From NCBI GenBank assembly GCA_015680685.1, contig MNCI01003186.1:833570-897569 (forward strand): DNA of 64,000 nt. The letters run 5' to 3'. The translations under genes and the position numbers were made by a program. This document shows, in pieces, positions 50,403-63,491 of the stretch; position 1 is the stretch's first letter, and the number at the start of each line of letters is the position of its first letter. The stretch comes from Gnetum montanum (taxonomy: Eukaryota; Plantae; Gnetophyta). The notes under the pieces were generated by a model. It worked only from the letters and a program-made list of their open reading frames with translations, ran no database searches and was not told the origin of the DNA.

Positions 50403-51483
50403 TCTTTGTCATCTAATTACTGACATGAATGAATGGATTAACAAGATTTCCACTATCCATACCTACTTTCTAGTGAAACCATAGCTAAGGGAATAGGCTT
50501 GATGGAATTAGTCAAGGAAGAAGATCCTATTGAGCTTGGCTCTAGTCTGACTTTATGAAATGACTTAAGAGGTGTAGAATAAGTGGGATCTGCTCACGGT
50601 GCAAGTGAAATACCAATACTTTTAAAATTATTTTACTTACTCCATTGGTTGATAATGGATCACAACCTCACTTTTGGACCTCAAACATGCCTCGACATGT
50701 CAATCCACGTGGAAGATAAAGTCAGGTAGGGAGTTTGGCTAGGGTGCCACATTTGTTAAAAGATAATGTAGGTGTTCTAAGATGAGCTCAATGAGAATAG
50801 AAATCTCATGTGGAATAGAAGGGTAAAAGCTCATTAGGATTTTTATTTTTAGTACAAGTACAAATTGTGAAAGTGTGACTAATCGATACTTTAGATCTTT
50901 GGAATTTGAAGCTAGAGGTGTCAGAAAAGTTACCACAGTGATAATTGGCTTGTGGCAGCCAAGCATTCATAGTGACATTGCTTTTTGATCCTTCAATTTT
51001 GACTCTTCCTATCATTGTAAAGTAGAATTCACTAAGTGTTGGATTGTTCACCCACCAATAGGGACCTTTGGCTGGGTTTCGACCTTTATGAGACAAGTTA
51101 GTTTTACCCTACTAATGATGTGCACCATAATAGTAATTCAACTTAGTATGAGAGGAATCATTGATTCACACAATTGGTCATCTTGTTTGGTTGAAAAGGC
51201 AGCGATGTGAAGCTACCGTGTGTCAAATTGTGACTAAATGCCTCCAAGTTAGAATCCATGCTAGAGGCAGCACCTCTTTCCTTGTCAGTTGATACATGAC
51301 CTGTGGTAGTGGTGGCTTCATTGCTCTCATTGGCATGTGTCGATGGTAACCCGTGGTTCTACTTGCATGTGTCGAGAAGAACCCTTTGCAAATTACTTAA
51401 ATAAATGATGGGGTATTGTAAGTGGAAAAATGGCCTTGCTACCATGATCCACTGAGATTTGGCCCCTTATCATAAAGATTCAT
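50205..51483 (+). rRNA. 26S rRNA pseudogene, unit 2 (3' ~1.3 kb only)
   Basis: Colinear with 25939-27256; joined directly to the first bases of ITS2. Confidence 0.93.
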
Positions 51484-51649
51484 GATCATAGTCTCCCCTC
51501 CTAATTCTCTTCTTTGGGCCTTCTCTTTCACTTTTGCTTCATAGATGCTTGGCTATGTTCCATTCGATCAAAATGGTCATCTCATGGGGGTCAGCAAATA
51601 GGGATCATGCATTTGTTTCAAGAGATGGTTGTCTCCCCCTTCATAGGCC

Positions 51650-52629
51650 CTTGGTCTCAAGGGTCCATTTTTCCTACACTTGACCTTAAGGGTCCATTGC
51701 ACCAACACTTGGTACCAAGGGTCCATTGGGTGAACTCTTGGTCCCAAGGATTTGTGTGGCCAAAACTTTGTCTGGAGGGTGCATTGGGTAAACCATTTGG
51801 TCCAGAGGATCCATTGGGCCAAACCTTGGTCTTGAGGGTTCATGTGGCCAACACTTGCTTGGTCTTGAGGGTCCGTTTTGCCTACAGTTGGTCCCAAGGG
51901 TCTGTTAGGTGAGCAGTTGGCCACAAGGGTCTGTTGGGTTGACCCTTTGGCTCCATAGGGGATCTTTTTTTAGCCAACTCTCCACAGCTTCTTTGAGTTA
52001 GTCATAGCTAAAAGTGGAAACCTCATGGTACACACACACATACAAGCATATGTGGTCCCCTTCTTCCAAGTTAAATCCTAGTTGGTAGCCTTGTAGTCTG
52101 AATATGTTTTTTGATCTTGCAATCGAGAACCTCACCTGGGTGGGGGACTTTGTTCATTTGTGTCACCGGTAGGGAACATTCCTTGCCTGTGAGGTTGCAT
52201 GAAGTGGGAGACCACAGTTGATAGATACTCTTCACATGCAATACTCTTGATAACCATGAGGTTCCCACTTTCAACTGTGACTAACTCAATGAATCTCTCG
52301 AGCGTTGGCTAAAAAAAACCCCCTATGGAGCCAAAGGGTCAACCAAATAGACCCTTTTGGCCAACTGCTTGCCTAACAGACCCTTGGGATCAACTGTAGG
52401 CAAAACTGACCCTCAAGACCAACCAAGTATTGGCCACACGAACCCTTAAGATCAAGGTTTGGCCCAAAGGACCCTCTGGACCAAATGGTTGATCCAACGC
52501 ATCCTCCAAACAAAGTGTTGGTCACACAAACCCTTGGGACCAAGAGTTCATCCAATGGAGCCTTGGTACCAAGTGTTGGTGCAATGGACCCTCAAGGTCA
52601 AGTGTAGGAAAAATGGACCCTTGAGACAA
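51650..52629. repeat. ~380-bp inverted repeat (arms 51650-52029 and 52253-52629, ~220-bp spacer)
   Basis: TCTCAAGGGTCCATTTTTCCTACACTTGACC...AAACCTCATGGT is the reverse complement of ACCATGAGGTT...GGTCAAGTGTAGGAAAAATGGACCCTTGAGA. Confidence 0.9.
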
Positions 52630-53559
52630 AAGCACTTCATCACCTAGGACTAACACAAGGAGTAATCGATGACATGATACACATGACGTTGATCCGCCAA
52701 TATATCAACAGTTTCGTGTGGTATATATTCTTCCTAATGAATATGTACCTGACTTCACCTTTATTCTCTATCAAGATGAACAATGAAATTGGCGTGACTT
52801 GGAAGGTAACATAGTGTTACCTCTTGACCATTCAGTCCCAAGCATGCTTCTTCATGCTCTCACACAAAAAGGCATACAACACTTACACATAGAATACGTT
52901 GCACAAGACTATGATTCGAGAGACTATCATCTCACAAAGGTGCAACATCAAAGGGATTTGCACCAGGAGAGACACCATAAGTCTTTGAAGGAAAAATGGT
53001 CCAAGGATGCCCCCCATGTTTTAAGCAAAATTGAAGGTAATGAACCTGCCTCAGGTAGTCACCCACATAACAATGCTCCTTCCCTTAACTTTGGCCAAGG
53101 AATTGTGTATTAGAACCTTCATTCTACTATTCATAACCTAGGTGCTGATACCAATGGACATAAAATATCCAAAAAAGGAACAAGGATACATGACAAAGGT
53201 GGCCATTCTGATCAAAATCATGATCGAGGTAGAGACCACTGAGGAGAAGGTAGTAGACACCGTCATGGTGGTAATTATCCTTCTTCTTCACCTTCATCAT
53301 CTCCTCCATCCTCTCCTTCAGTGTTCAGATGCATCCATAGAGAAAAGGATCATGAGGATAAGGGCAAGCAAAGTGAAAGTCACAAACAAAACAACCAAGA
53401 GAGAGGATGAGGGCACTCTAGGGAATCATGATATAGAATAAGGGAGAGTAGGGAATAGTGTAGGCATCATAGATGCCACAAACAAGATGATCATGATGAA
53501 ATCCTACTCACTACTCGAAGAATGCTAGACATAATTAAGGCTGTGAGAGTTTCAACAAG

Positions 53560-55739
53560 GCACCAAAGAGATAGTAGGATCAAGAGGTTAGATATGAATA
53601 ACATCCTAAAGTTTGAAGGAGGATATAACGATGATCCTCAAAATCACTTACAAGAATTTCATGATGTGTGTGCCTTGCAAAACATAGAGAACTAGTGGCA
53701 AAAACTTTAGTTGTTCCCATGGACACTAGTAAAAGAAGCTGAAAGTTGGTACTGGTCTTTATAACTAGAATCCATTTGTAGGTGGAGTACTATGTTAGAA
53801 TTGTTCAACGATAAGTACCAAATGTACTCCTAGGATTCTAACCTGCAAAAGAAAATCCAATGATGAAAATAAGGAATTCATGAACCCTTGGATGCTACCA
53901 TGGGCTACTATTATGCATTATTACATCATTATCTTGGCCATGGTTATTTGCAATGGGATCAACTATGCCATCTCGTAGATGGGCTTAGACATGAAACAAG
54001 AAGAACCCTTGGGACTCATGCCCAAGGAAGGTTACCTGAGCTTAGGTTCCATCAAATTCACAGACTACTGGAGCAAGTTACTAAGAAAGAAGTTGAGCTA
54101 CGAAAGAGAGAGTGTGTGGAAGAATATAACTAAGATCCTTCCCTTCGGAAGATAGAAGTAAGATTTTATGAGGATGAGGAAGAGTCATCACTTGAAGATA
54201 TGGTGAATAGGAAAACCTTGCCTATCCAAAAGTTAACATCAAAAGTATTGACAAAGTTAGACCAAATGTGGGACTCCCTAGATAGTAGGTTTCAAATTAT
54301 TCTCAAAATAGTAAAGGAGTCTAGAGAGTGAGGTAGTGATCATGACAAAAGAAAAAAGAGAGAAGTAGAAAATGCATGTAACAAGGGTAAGGTTAAAGTT
54401 GCTATTATTGAAGAGGTTGTGGACTCAAATACATATGATGATAGTGGATGTGATATATGTTAATATGACCATCCTAATGGATGTTTCCCTATGATCTCAC
54501 ATCTGCAGGAGTCTGGGATGTATGCACTTAATCCACGATTAAACAAATGGCAAACATTCCGATGGTTACCTTATCTCCAAGTTAACCCAAGATAGTTCTA
54601 CCAACCTTTAACGTTTTATCCAAGTGGAACTCCACCACAATTGATTGAGTAACATCAATAGTGGTAGCATCCACAATCATGGGGAATGCCACCACCAAGG
54701 TAACAATATCCTTACCAACAACCTAACCCATATAGATATTACGTGCAACATCCAATCTCTCCACATGACTCTATTGGTCATGTTACTCCTCAACATCACT
54801 ACTAAGCCGATGAGTACTATAGGACTCCCTCTCCTAGCGGCGATATTCCAAAAGTGTACCATCCTTCAAATCGAACAACATCTCTCCCACCAATAGCTTC
54901 ATTACCACCTGCTCTAGCAATGCAAGGTAAACTCCCTACTCAGCCACAGTAATGTAATGCCACAAGGGCTGTTAAACCTTAACCTACTATTGGTTCTAAC
55001 AACTGTATGAATAAAATACCTTTCTTTAGAACCAATAGTCCAACCAAGCCTTTACAACCACAAGCGGCTGACTCTTTTGGATGTCTCCATATCAAACGAA
55101 GCTTCAGAGCCCCCTTCGAGCCTAACACTACATTCAATGCATATGGTTATGTTAACAAATGTCGTTACTAATTGGATCAAATCTAGCCACCTTCCCAAGA
55201 AATTCTCTGATCCTAGGAATCCCTTAATATATCTACAAATCTCTGGGAATGAACCATGCAAAGATCTTTTGGATTCAGGTTTTGATGTCAACCTAATATT
55301 CCAAGAAATGTACAAGGCCTGGAACCTACCTCCATTAAAAAAGAGCAACATCCATTTAGATTTGGTCAACCAGTCCATCACTATTCCCTTGGGATTAGTG
55401 GAGGACATTGTTATGACTATTTATAGATGGTCATATTCAGCTAACTTTCTAGTGAATCAAGTGAACAATAGTAAAGGGGATATCCCAATCATAGTGGGAA
55501 GGGCATGGCTAAGAATTATTGATGCGTGCCTAGGAATCTACAATTTTTTTCAAGAAATATCTAAGGAAAACACTTTTGGAAAGATTGAGAAGAAGAAAGT
55601 TCCATGCATTGCATATAGTGACACAGGGTGTAATTGCGTGCATAGATCATGGGTTGTGCAAATTTTAACATTGTTTGCATGCAATCAATGTGCACAGGTG
55701 ATCAATATACAAAGGTATATATATGTAGAAGCCACATAA
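53560..55739 (+). pseudogene. Degenerate gag and aspartic protease of element 2
   Basis: gag core (about 53600-54060), C-x2-C-x3-H-x3-C remnant near 54450, LLDSGFDVNLI and PIIVGRAWL. Confidence 0.8.
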
Positions 55740-55989
55740 CAAGAAGACACCTAGTGGTTGATAGCTGATCAAGAAAGCAGCTCACTTATATGCATGGAAC
55801 TAACTGAGGGTTTAACTTGCACTTACATAGATAGCATAGATGCATTAGAGCAAGTCCACCACCAACTTCTAAGTCCTGACCTTGAAAACATCAACTGGGG
55901 AAAGTTGGAAATTCCTAAGCAATTTAAATAAGAGCCCCTAGAGCTAAATAATTGCCCACTAGTATGGAGTATACATTCCTTAAGAATGA

Positions 55990-58750
55990 AAAATTTGTAT
56001 TCATCAATGCAAAACTTACTTTGCAACAAAAAGAGAGTCTGCTAAAGCTAATAAAAAAGTGGTCAAAAGGCTTTGCCTAGTCATATCCTGAATTAACTAG
56101 AATAGATCCTAGGATATGCTAGCATAAGATTTACACTAACTCCTCCATGAAGCCTCAAAAACAACCACAGAGGTGATTCAATCCAAAGTTGAAACAATTA
56201 GTAAAAGAAAAAATTGAATAGCTTCAAAAGGCTGGGCTCATATACTCCATTGCTAATAGTGAATGAGCTAGGCCCTTAGTAATCATTCCTAAAAAGAAAG
56301 GAAAATTGATGGTGTGCATAGATTTTAGGCTACTAAACATGGCAATATTCAAGGATTACTTTTTGTTGCCATTTGTTGACCAAGTCTTAGACACAATCGT
56401 ACGACATTGCTATTATAGTTTTCTGGATGGATATAGCAGATACAACCAGATACAAATAGCCTCAGAAGACCAAGTGAAAACTATGTTCACCAGTTCTTGG
56501 TGAATGTTTGCATATAAAAGAATGCTGCTTTGCTTGTGCAATGTCCCTACAATGTTTCAATGCTTAGTTCTAAGCATATTCCATTAGCAGATAGGAATTG
56601 CTATCGAAGTCTTTATGGATGACTTATCCACTTATGGAGCAAGCTTTGATCAAGCCTTGGGCTAGTTAGAGCAAGTGCTAAAAAGATGTATAGAAAATAA
56701 TTTGAGGCTCAACTAGAAAAAGAGTCATTTGATGGTCTGAGAAGGCATAGTACTTGGGCATAAAATCTCATGTACAAGGATAGAGGTAGACCCTAAGAAA
56801 ATCAAAGTTATCAAAGGAATTACCCATCAACCAAAAATTGTCAAAGACATTTGGTCATTCCTTGGACACACTGGCTACTATAGGAGATTCATGTAGAACT
56901 TTTCAAAGATTGTCAAACCATTAGTAGAGCTAACGAAAAAGGATGTACCCTTCGAGTGGACCAAGGAATGCAAACTAAATTTCCAAACTTTGAAATAGAA
57001 GCTAGTAGAAACACCCATTCTACAAGTGCCTGATTGGTTCAAATCATTCCATGTCATGACTAACATGTCCAACTATGCCTTTGGAGTTGTACTTACATAG
57101 TTAGATGACCAAAAACATCCTTATTACATCCACTATGCAAGTAGAAGTATCACTGGTGCATAGCTTAACTACACTACGACAGAAAAATAATTAATGGATG
57201 TAGAGTTTGCACTAAAAAAGTTTAGACACTATGTATTGGGATACAAAGTATTCATACAAATAGATCATAGTGCAATCTAGTTCCTCATGAATAAGCTAAT
57301 GGTAAGACCTCTTATTATACGATGGCTTGTAATCTTACAGGAGTTTGATTTAATGATGATCAATCACAAAGGCACCAAGAATGTAGTTGTCGATCATTTA
57401 GCTCAGTTGCGCTGGGATAGCAAAGAGGATGAGTATTCAATTTCTAATCATTTTCTTGATGAATTCCTCTTTGCTGATGTAGTGAATAACCAATCACCCA
57501 TGGGGACAAATTGGTATAGTAACATTCTTACCTATCTCCTTACCCAAGAAACACCACAAGATCTAGACCTTAAGAAGAAATAATAGTTTCTTCACAAAGC
57601 TAATACTTTATGGAGATCAATGGACAACTTTACAAAGTATGTCCCGATGGGTTGGTTTGATTGTGTGTTCATGATAGAGATCAACTGAGAGTTTTCCAAG
57701 ATTCTTATGAGGGCCCTTGTGGGAGTCATTATGCTAGGAGACAAATGACCATCAAGATTTTTCTTGCAGGGTATTATTGGCCAACCTTGTTCCAAGATGT
57801 CCATTAATTTGTCCAATCTTGTGAGCATTGTCAATGTGATGGGGGAATGAATACTAGAATGGAGGATTCGCAACAATGGATTCAACCATTAGAACCCTTC
57901 GATATTTGGGGAATTGATTTCATAGGGCCCATTACACTAATGTCCAATGGAAAATCTTACAGCATAGTTTCCATAGACTACTTAACAAAATGGGCTAAAG
58001 AAGCTACCATTAAAGATTACACATCATCTATAGTTGCACAATTTGTTTAACAATAAGTCATCAATAGGTTTGGTGTGCCGTGTGCACTTAGTTTAGATAA
58101 TGGTACAAACTTCACAAGTGCAACTTTTTGGAAGTTAATGGAATGCTTATGGGTTGAGCATAAATTGACTACACCATACCACCCCAAGTGAATGGTCAAG
58201 CCAAGGTTACCAACAGGGAGATCACTAAGATACTGACTAGAACCATTAGCAAGTATAGGCGAGACTGGAGCACTAAATCAAACAATGCTCTTTGGGCATA
58301 TCGCTCCACATGGAAACTCCCTATAGGATACTCTCCCTATGAGTTAGTGTATGGAAAACTTCCAATTCTCCCTATCCAACCTGAGCTCCATACACTAGCC
58401 ATGGCATGTGACCTCAACCTTGAGCTTGATCTCACACAAAAACAATGGTTGATGACCCTTAACTTGCTAGATGAGAACTGACTAGCTACCTTGTCATCTA
58501 ATGAATTGCACAAGGCATTTAATAAACAATGTCATGACTTGAAAATTAGGAAAGTTAAGTATCAGCTAGGAGATAAGGTTCTCTACTAAAACCCCACACA
58601 TGTGTCACAACATACCAAATTTCAAACATTGTGGGAAGGACCGTATATTATCTATGCAACTTTTTCTTCAGGTGCCATGACCATATATAAACCTAAGAGC
58701 CCAAATAAAAGACTGTTAGTCAACATGCAACAAAAAAAAACCTTTCCATG
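55990..58750 (+). pseudogene. pol: Degenerate pol: reverse transcriptase, RNase H, integrase
   Basis: MVCIDFRLLN..KDYFLLPFVDQVLD..YSFLDGYSRYNQIQI, IEVFMDDLS, SFLGHTGYYRRF, RWLVILQEFD, GYYWPTLF..C..CQ, PFDIWGIDFIGP, NGQAKVTNREI, WEGPY; many stops and frameshifts. Confidence 0.92.
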
Positions 58751-60680
58751 AGTTTAGGACATCCAAAACACATGCTACCTCTATAGGTGAGCAACCTTGC
58801 TCATTATTTCGGATCTCCTCCTTCCAACTCAGTCATGGGGGAGATGGCCACCTATGCTAATCATTGAAGGCCCTCAGTTCTTTCTAAATTTTTTTTACAC
58901 ATTTTTGTTTTGAACATTTTTTTTTTACATTTCTTTAATCTTTCTTATTTTTGTTTCATACCATCATTCATACTTTTACCATTTCTTTGTGTGATTACTT
59001 TATTTTGTTCATCATCCAATAACTGTTTATTTTGTTTGAAATATGATGTTGATATTAAGGTATGGTTATTTTGATTAAGCAGGTAATGAATCCACATTGT
59101 TCATGCATCCATAAAATCCTATGGTCTCCCTTAGCTTGGAACTATACAATCTCTTTCTCTAATAAAATTATTAATGAATTGGTGGCTGGGTATTTTTGAA
59201 ACTAAGGAAAGACTCAAAGGATGAAAAGAGTGTGGCTTCAAGGGGATTTGATGCATTTGTGCTGGCTATTCTCTTGGGTGCTTGGATGCTTTTTCCTTGG
59301 GTTTTCTGCCATTCTACCATTCATCAAATATCTAGAATTTGAGTAGATAAAAATAAGTCTTTGCATGGTGTGGTTCTCACGAAAAAAGAAAAGTGAGAAT
59401 TCAAAGCACACCCCTTTGACACAATAATGAACTTGGGCTACACACATTGGTTATAGCATTGGAAAAACATGTTTCCCATACCTAAAGGTTCCCTCTAACT
59501 AAGGCCCTTTCTCACTTTCTAATTCTCCATCTCACTCTCTTCAGAATGGTGGTGACTTTTTGTAGAGGTATTCTTGTTGCTTCAAGAGGATAGGTTGGTC
59601 AAATGTATTGCTGCAAGGTCACTAAATGTGGTTTGTTGGGCCTAGATTTGGAATGAGTCTACTCAGTCACATTAACTTTGTTCTTGGGTTTTCATTCCAT
59701 TCCCTCCTCTCCACCTTTCTTTTCCATTTTTCACCTCATTGCTAGTTTTATCATTAGTTTGTATTTTGGTTGATGCACTGTTTTCTCCTTTGTAAGTTCT
59801 TGTGGGTGAGTTTTTAACTCTTTCTTCCAAATAACATTCCTAGAGCCTATGGACTCTTTGGTTTATGGGTTTATCAGGGCACCAAGGGCATGAGCCTACT
59901 TTGGAGAGGACCCACTGACATTTCTTTTTGGTGCATTTGTTAACTTCTTTTGCTTAAAATTTTTTTGCAATTAATAATTTGTTTATTTCATCCCCATCCA
60001 TGACATCCATTTTATTGGTGTTTCAGTTGTTACTTTTTTTCCATCTTTCATAGTCCTTATCTTTCTCCATCCTATTGCTACTGGAGGTTCACTCTTAGTC
60101 ATGGGGGCCCTGGTACAAATTTTTCAATTTTTCCTAACCCCTATACCTTAGGTAGTCACCAATGTTAAATCTCTAGAATCAAGATCTACCATAACCACAA
60201 CCTAGCCAATGCACTTTACATCAAGGTAAGGTATCAACTACATTGTGATTTATCTACCCTTTCTCATTTGTGACTATGTTGTATGTGCATATGGTGATCA
60301 TACAACAATGGACTAGTCCTAGAGGAAACACTCACGATGGACTAGAACTAGAGCATTTATGAAAGGAGCAAGATTGGTGGCACGACTATGGATAAACAAT
60401 GGAAGGTGTAATCTTGGCATCGATAGAAACACACCTTATTTTTTTTCTCTCTCTTTCTCTTCTAGTTGCCAAATAAAGGCTAGATGTCATTTATGTATAG
60501 TGTTCACATCAGTGGTCATGAATACTAATGTTGTCATGTATTGTATTGTTGATCCATTCACTAGGCATGTTGAGTCTATCACCCCGCTCCAGCATCAATG
60601 GTCATTCAATCCATAATCCCATACCTTCCAAATATTTTGTAAGGAACTCAACAACGAGTTTTCATTCAATCATGGGGATA

Positions 60681-61479
60681 TGATGAACTACAATATCGGG
60701 ACCATGATATCACGTTCGTGATATCGGATCCAACTATGCAATGTTGGATGCTCAATATCGGGGCCTATCTCCTCACCTATAAATAAGAGGTGGTGCCCTT
60801 GGTTTTCACATTAGACAGTTAGTCCTTTATTTGATCTCTTGCCATTTTTTCCCTCCATAGTTAGAATTATTTCTGTGTGCCAGTAGTAGGAGTCATAGAG
60901 TGAACGAATCTTTATTTGAGCATTGTGTACCTGAGCATACTTTATGTACAACAATAAAGATGAACTTTATGATAAACCATGTAGCATTCAGAATAGATTA
61001 ATTAGTGTTAATTATTATTTAATGCTTTTCTAGTTGATTAAGGATTTCTCCCTTCCTACAACTCTCTTAGTTATATAGACTTAGTATGACCACTTTAAGC
61101 ATGCGTGCAGTGCTTGGTAACCTAGTGACAATTAGTGTTGCACTGGTTCAGGATGTGTATAGCAAGTGGAAATGGATATTGGTATTAGGAGTAATTAGAA
61201 CTTAGTTAATGGGTAGTTAAATTATACTAGTTACTTATTTATATCTCTTCCCATGCTTACTAGAATAGGATATAAAACACATAAAAGCTATAAAAATCAT
61301 ATGCCTCAAGCTTAAACATACAACCATGACATACAAGTATGTTTAGGAAGACAATGATTAACCAACCCATTATTGTTCCACAAAGGTGCATAGGCACTTA
61401 GTCCTTGGAATTTGACTGGATCGTGCATGAAACGCTCGTATTCATATGGTTGAGCATAGGGGTACCTTGCCACTCATTA
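60681..61479 (+). repeat. 3' LTR of element 2
   Basis: TGATGAAC...CACTCATTA, reverse-complement homologue of the element 1 LTRs, preceded by PPT-like CATGGGGATA; TATA box CTATAAATA at 60777. Confidence 0.88.
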
Positions 61480-63369
61480 GATATATAACCAACATAAGGT
61501 TTTAGAAGAATTATAGAAGGATATAAAAATGACATAAATATAACTTGAACTAGAAACCTCCTACCTTACAAGATAATGAGTTAAACACTTGGGTGTCAAA
61601 CCCCAATATATATATATATATATAATAATAAAAATTTAGAAGACAAAATAAAATGAGTACTACAAAGAGAAAAAATACCAAATATACAAAAGAAAAAGCC
61701 TAACATTTTTGGGGATGTCTTTTCTAATTTTCATCCTTACCACCAATCCTGAAAAACCTCCCCTATGAGGTAGGAAATTATACATTCCATAAAAAGATTA
61801 ACATTAGGTGAAGAGGGAGGAGGCCCCCACCTTGTCAATAAAATCAAAATTATCAAAATATATTATCTTCATTTCTTAAGCAATAGTTGCAAATGAATGA
61901 TTAGGAGTTAAAATATTTTGAACATGTTATCCATTTTGAAGATTTGACATGCAATTACCAATAAATAGACTTTTTCAATGTTTTTTTTATTATGAAGAAC
62001 CATTTGAATCAACAAGAAGTTTCTATGAGACTTTAGGAACAAATATTTGTTTCTCCTTACTCATTAAAGAATTCTTTGCAATTGATTTAACTAGAACCTT
62101 TCTCAAGGCTACATTTTGTTGAACAACAGTAAAAGAAAAGGGTGGGCCAATTGTTGAAGCATCAGTAACAGAAATTGTTATAATATCTATATCATTTGTA
62201 GAAAAATCCTTAGTAGAAGCTACAAAATTTGTAGAAGAGACTTTAGTAGTGCTTGTAGTAGCATGGTGTTGACATACTTGAATAGCCTTTTTTTGAATCA
62301 GAAAATCAATTTGGATTCACATTTGGAAGGTATACTATGGATGCTATTTTTTTAATATGGCAATTAATGGAGAAATTCAAAAAAAATTAAAGAAAATCCA
62401 CATATGATCTTCATTGAATTAGAAGAATCATATGAAAGAGTACTTAGAGATATTGTTTAATGGGCCTTGCAAAGGAAACACATCACTAATAAATATATTA
62501 AAGTGAGTTTAGATATGTATGAAGGAGCTAGTATGAGAATTAGAACAATTTATAAAATTACACTCTCTTAACCAAGAAATAAGTGAACGTGATAAAAATG
62601 TCACAAATATTAAGTTTGATGCATAGAAATAAACCTTGAAACCCTATCCTTTTATAAACACTCATACATGTTACTTGTCTATTAGAATCCATAGCTTAGC
62701 CTAGCCTTCCACCTATGCTCATAACCTACAAGTTTAACTATCCTAGGATAGTTTATACTCATGTAGACAATATATGTTTTGACCTACCTAATGACTCTAT
62801 GTGTAGGTCCAAGTAGAATTTTGTTTGACAATCATCTAGGAGGTGGTGATGGAACCTTAAAATAATTTAATATAGGTACACCTCAAGATATATAGTCCAA
62901 AGAGAATTTTATTGCTAAGCATTACCCACTAGAATCAAACCCATGACTTGGAGCTTTCAAATCAAGAGTCTTACTATTGGGCTAATAGCTCATTGTTAGT
63001 ATCACAATTTAAAATGAAGAATAATAATTTTTAAATAACCATCATAAATATAATTAATCATGCATGGTCTAACTAGCTATATATAAAATGCATAATTTTA
63101 TGTCTACCATGCGAAATGAACAATAGAAAAAATAAACTCTAGTATACTATATAAAAAAGATACAAAAGAAAAGAAATTAAACAAAAAATAAAGTAAACAT
63201 ACTAATAAGAAACCTCAACATTTCAATATATTAACCTTTTGAGCTTAAAATTTCAATATATTATAGGAGGGAATTTAGTATTGAATATCAATGGCCTAAA
63301 GCATTAGCCTTAGGGAAGTCTAGTTGGGCACAGTGTATGTCTTAATAGTCACAAGTTCAAAATGGTATT
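61480..63369 (+). repeat. ~1.9-kb direct duplication, copy 2 (includes RTE fragment ~62303-62550 and SINE ~62835-62995)
   Basis: Colinear with 6405-8340; lacks a ~35-bp segment present at ~8281-8316. Confidence 0.95.
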
Positions 63370-63491
63370 TGTAGCTATGCTCTAACCCTTGAAAATTCAT
63401 GTATTAAGTTAACTTAAATTGACCATGCAACATGACGAATCATGAGTCATGATATTTCTAAACTTATATTGAAATTCAAAATATTAAAGGG

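Larger units (their letters stand above)
52627..61479 (+). mobile_element. Athila-like Ty3/gypsy element 2, 5'-truncated (no 5' LTR/PBS), with degenerate gag-PR-RT-RH-INT and 3' LTR
   Basis: Colinear with element 1 plus pol motifs; domain order PR-RT-RH-INT; no chromodomain; 3' LTR at 60681-61479. Confidence 0.93.
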
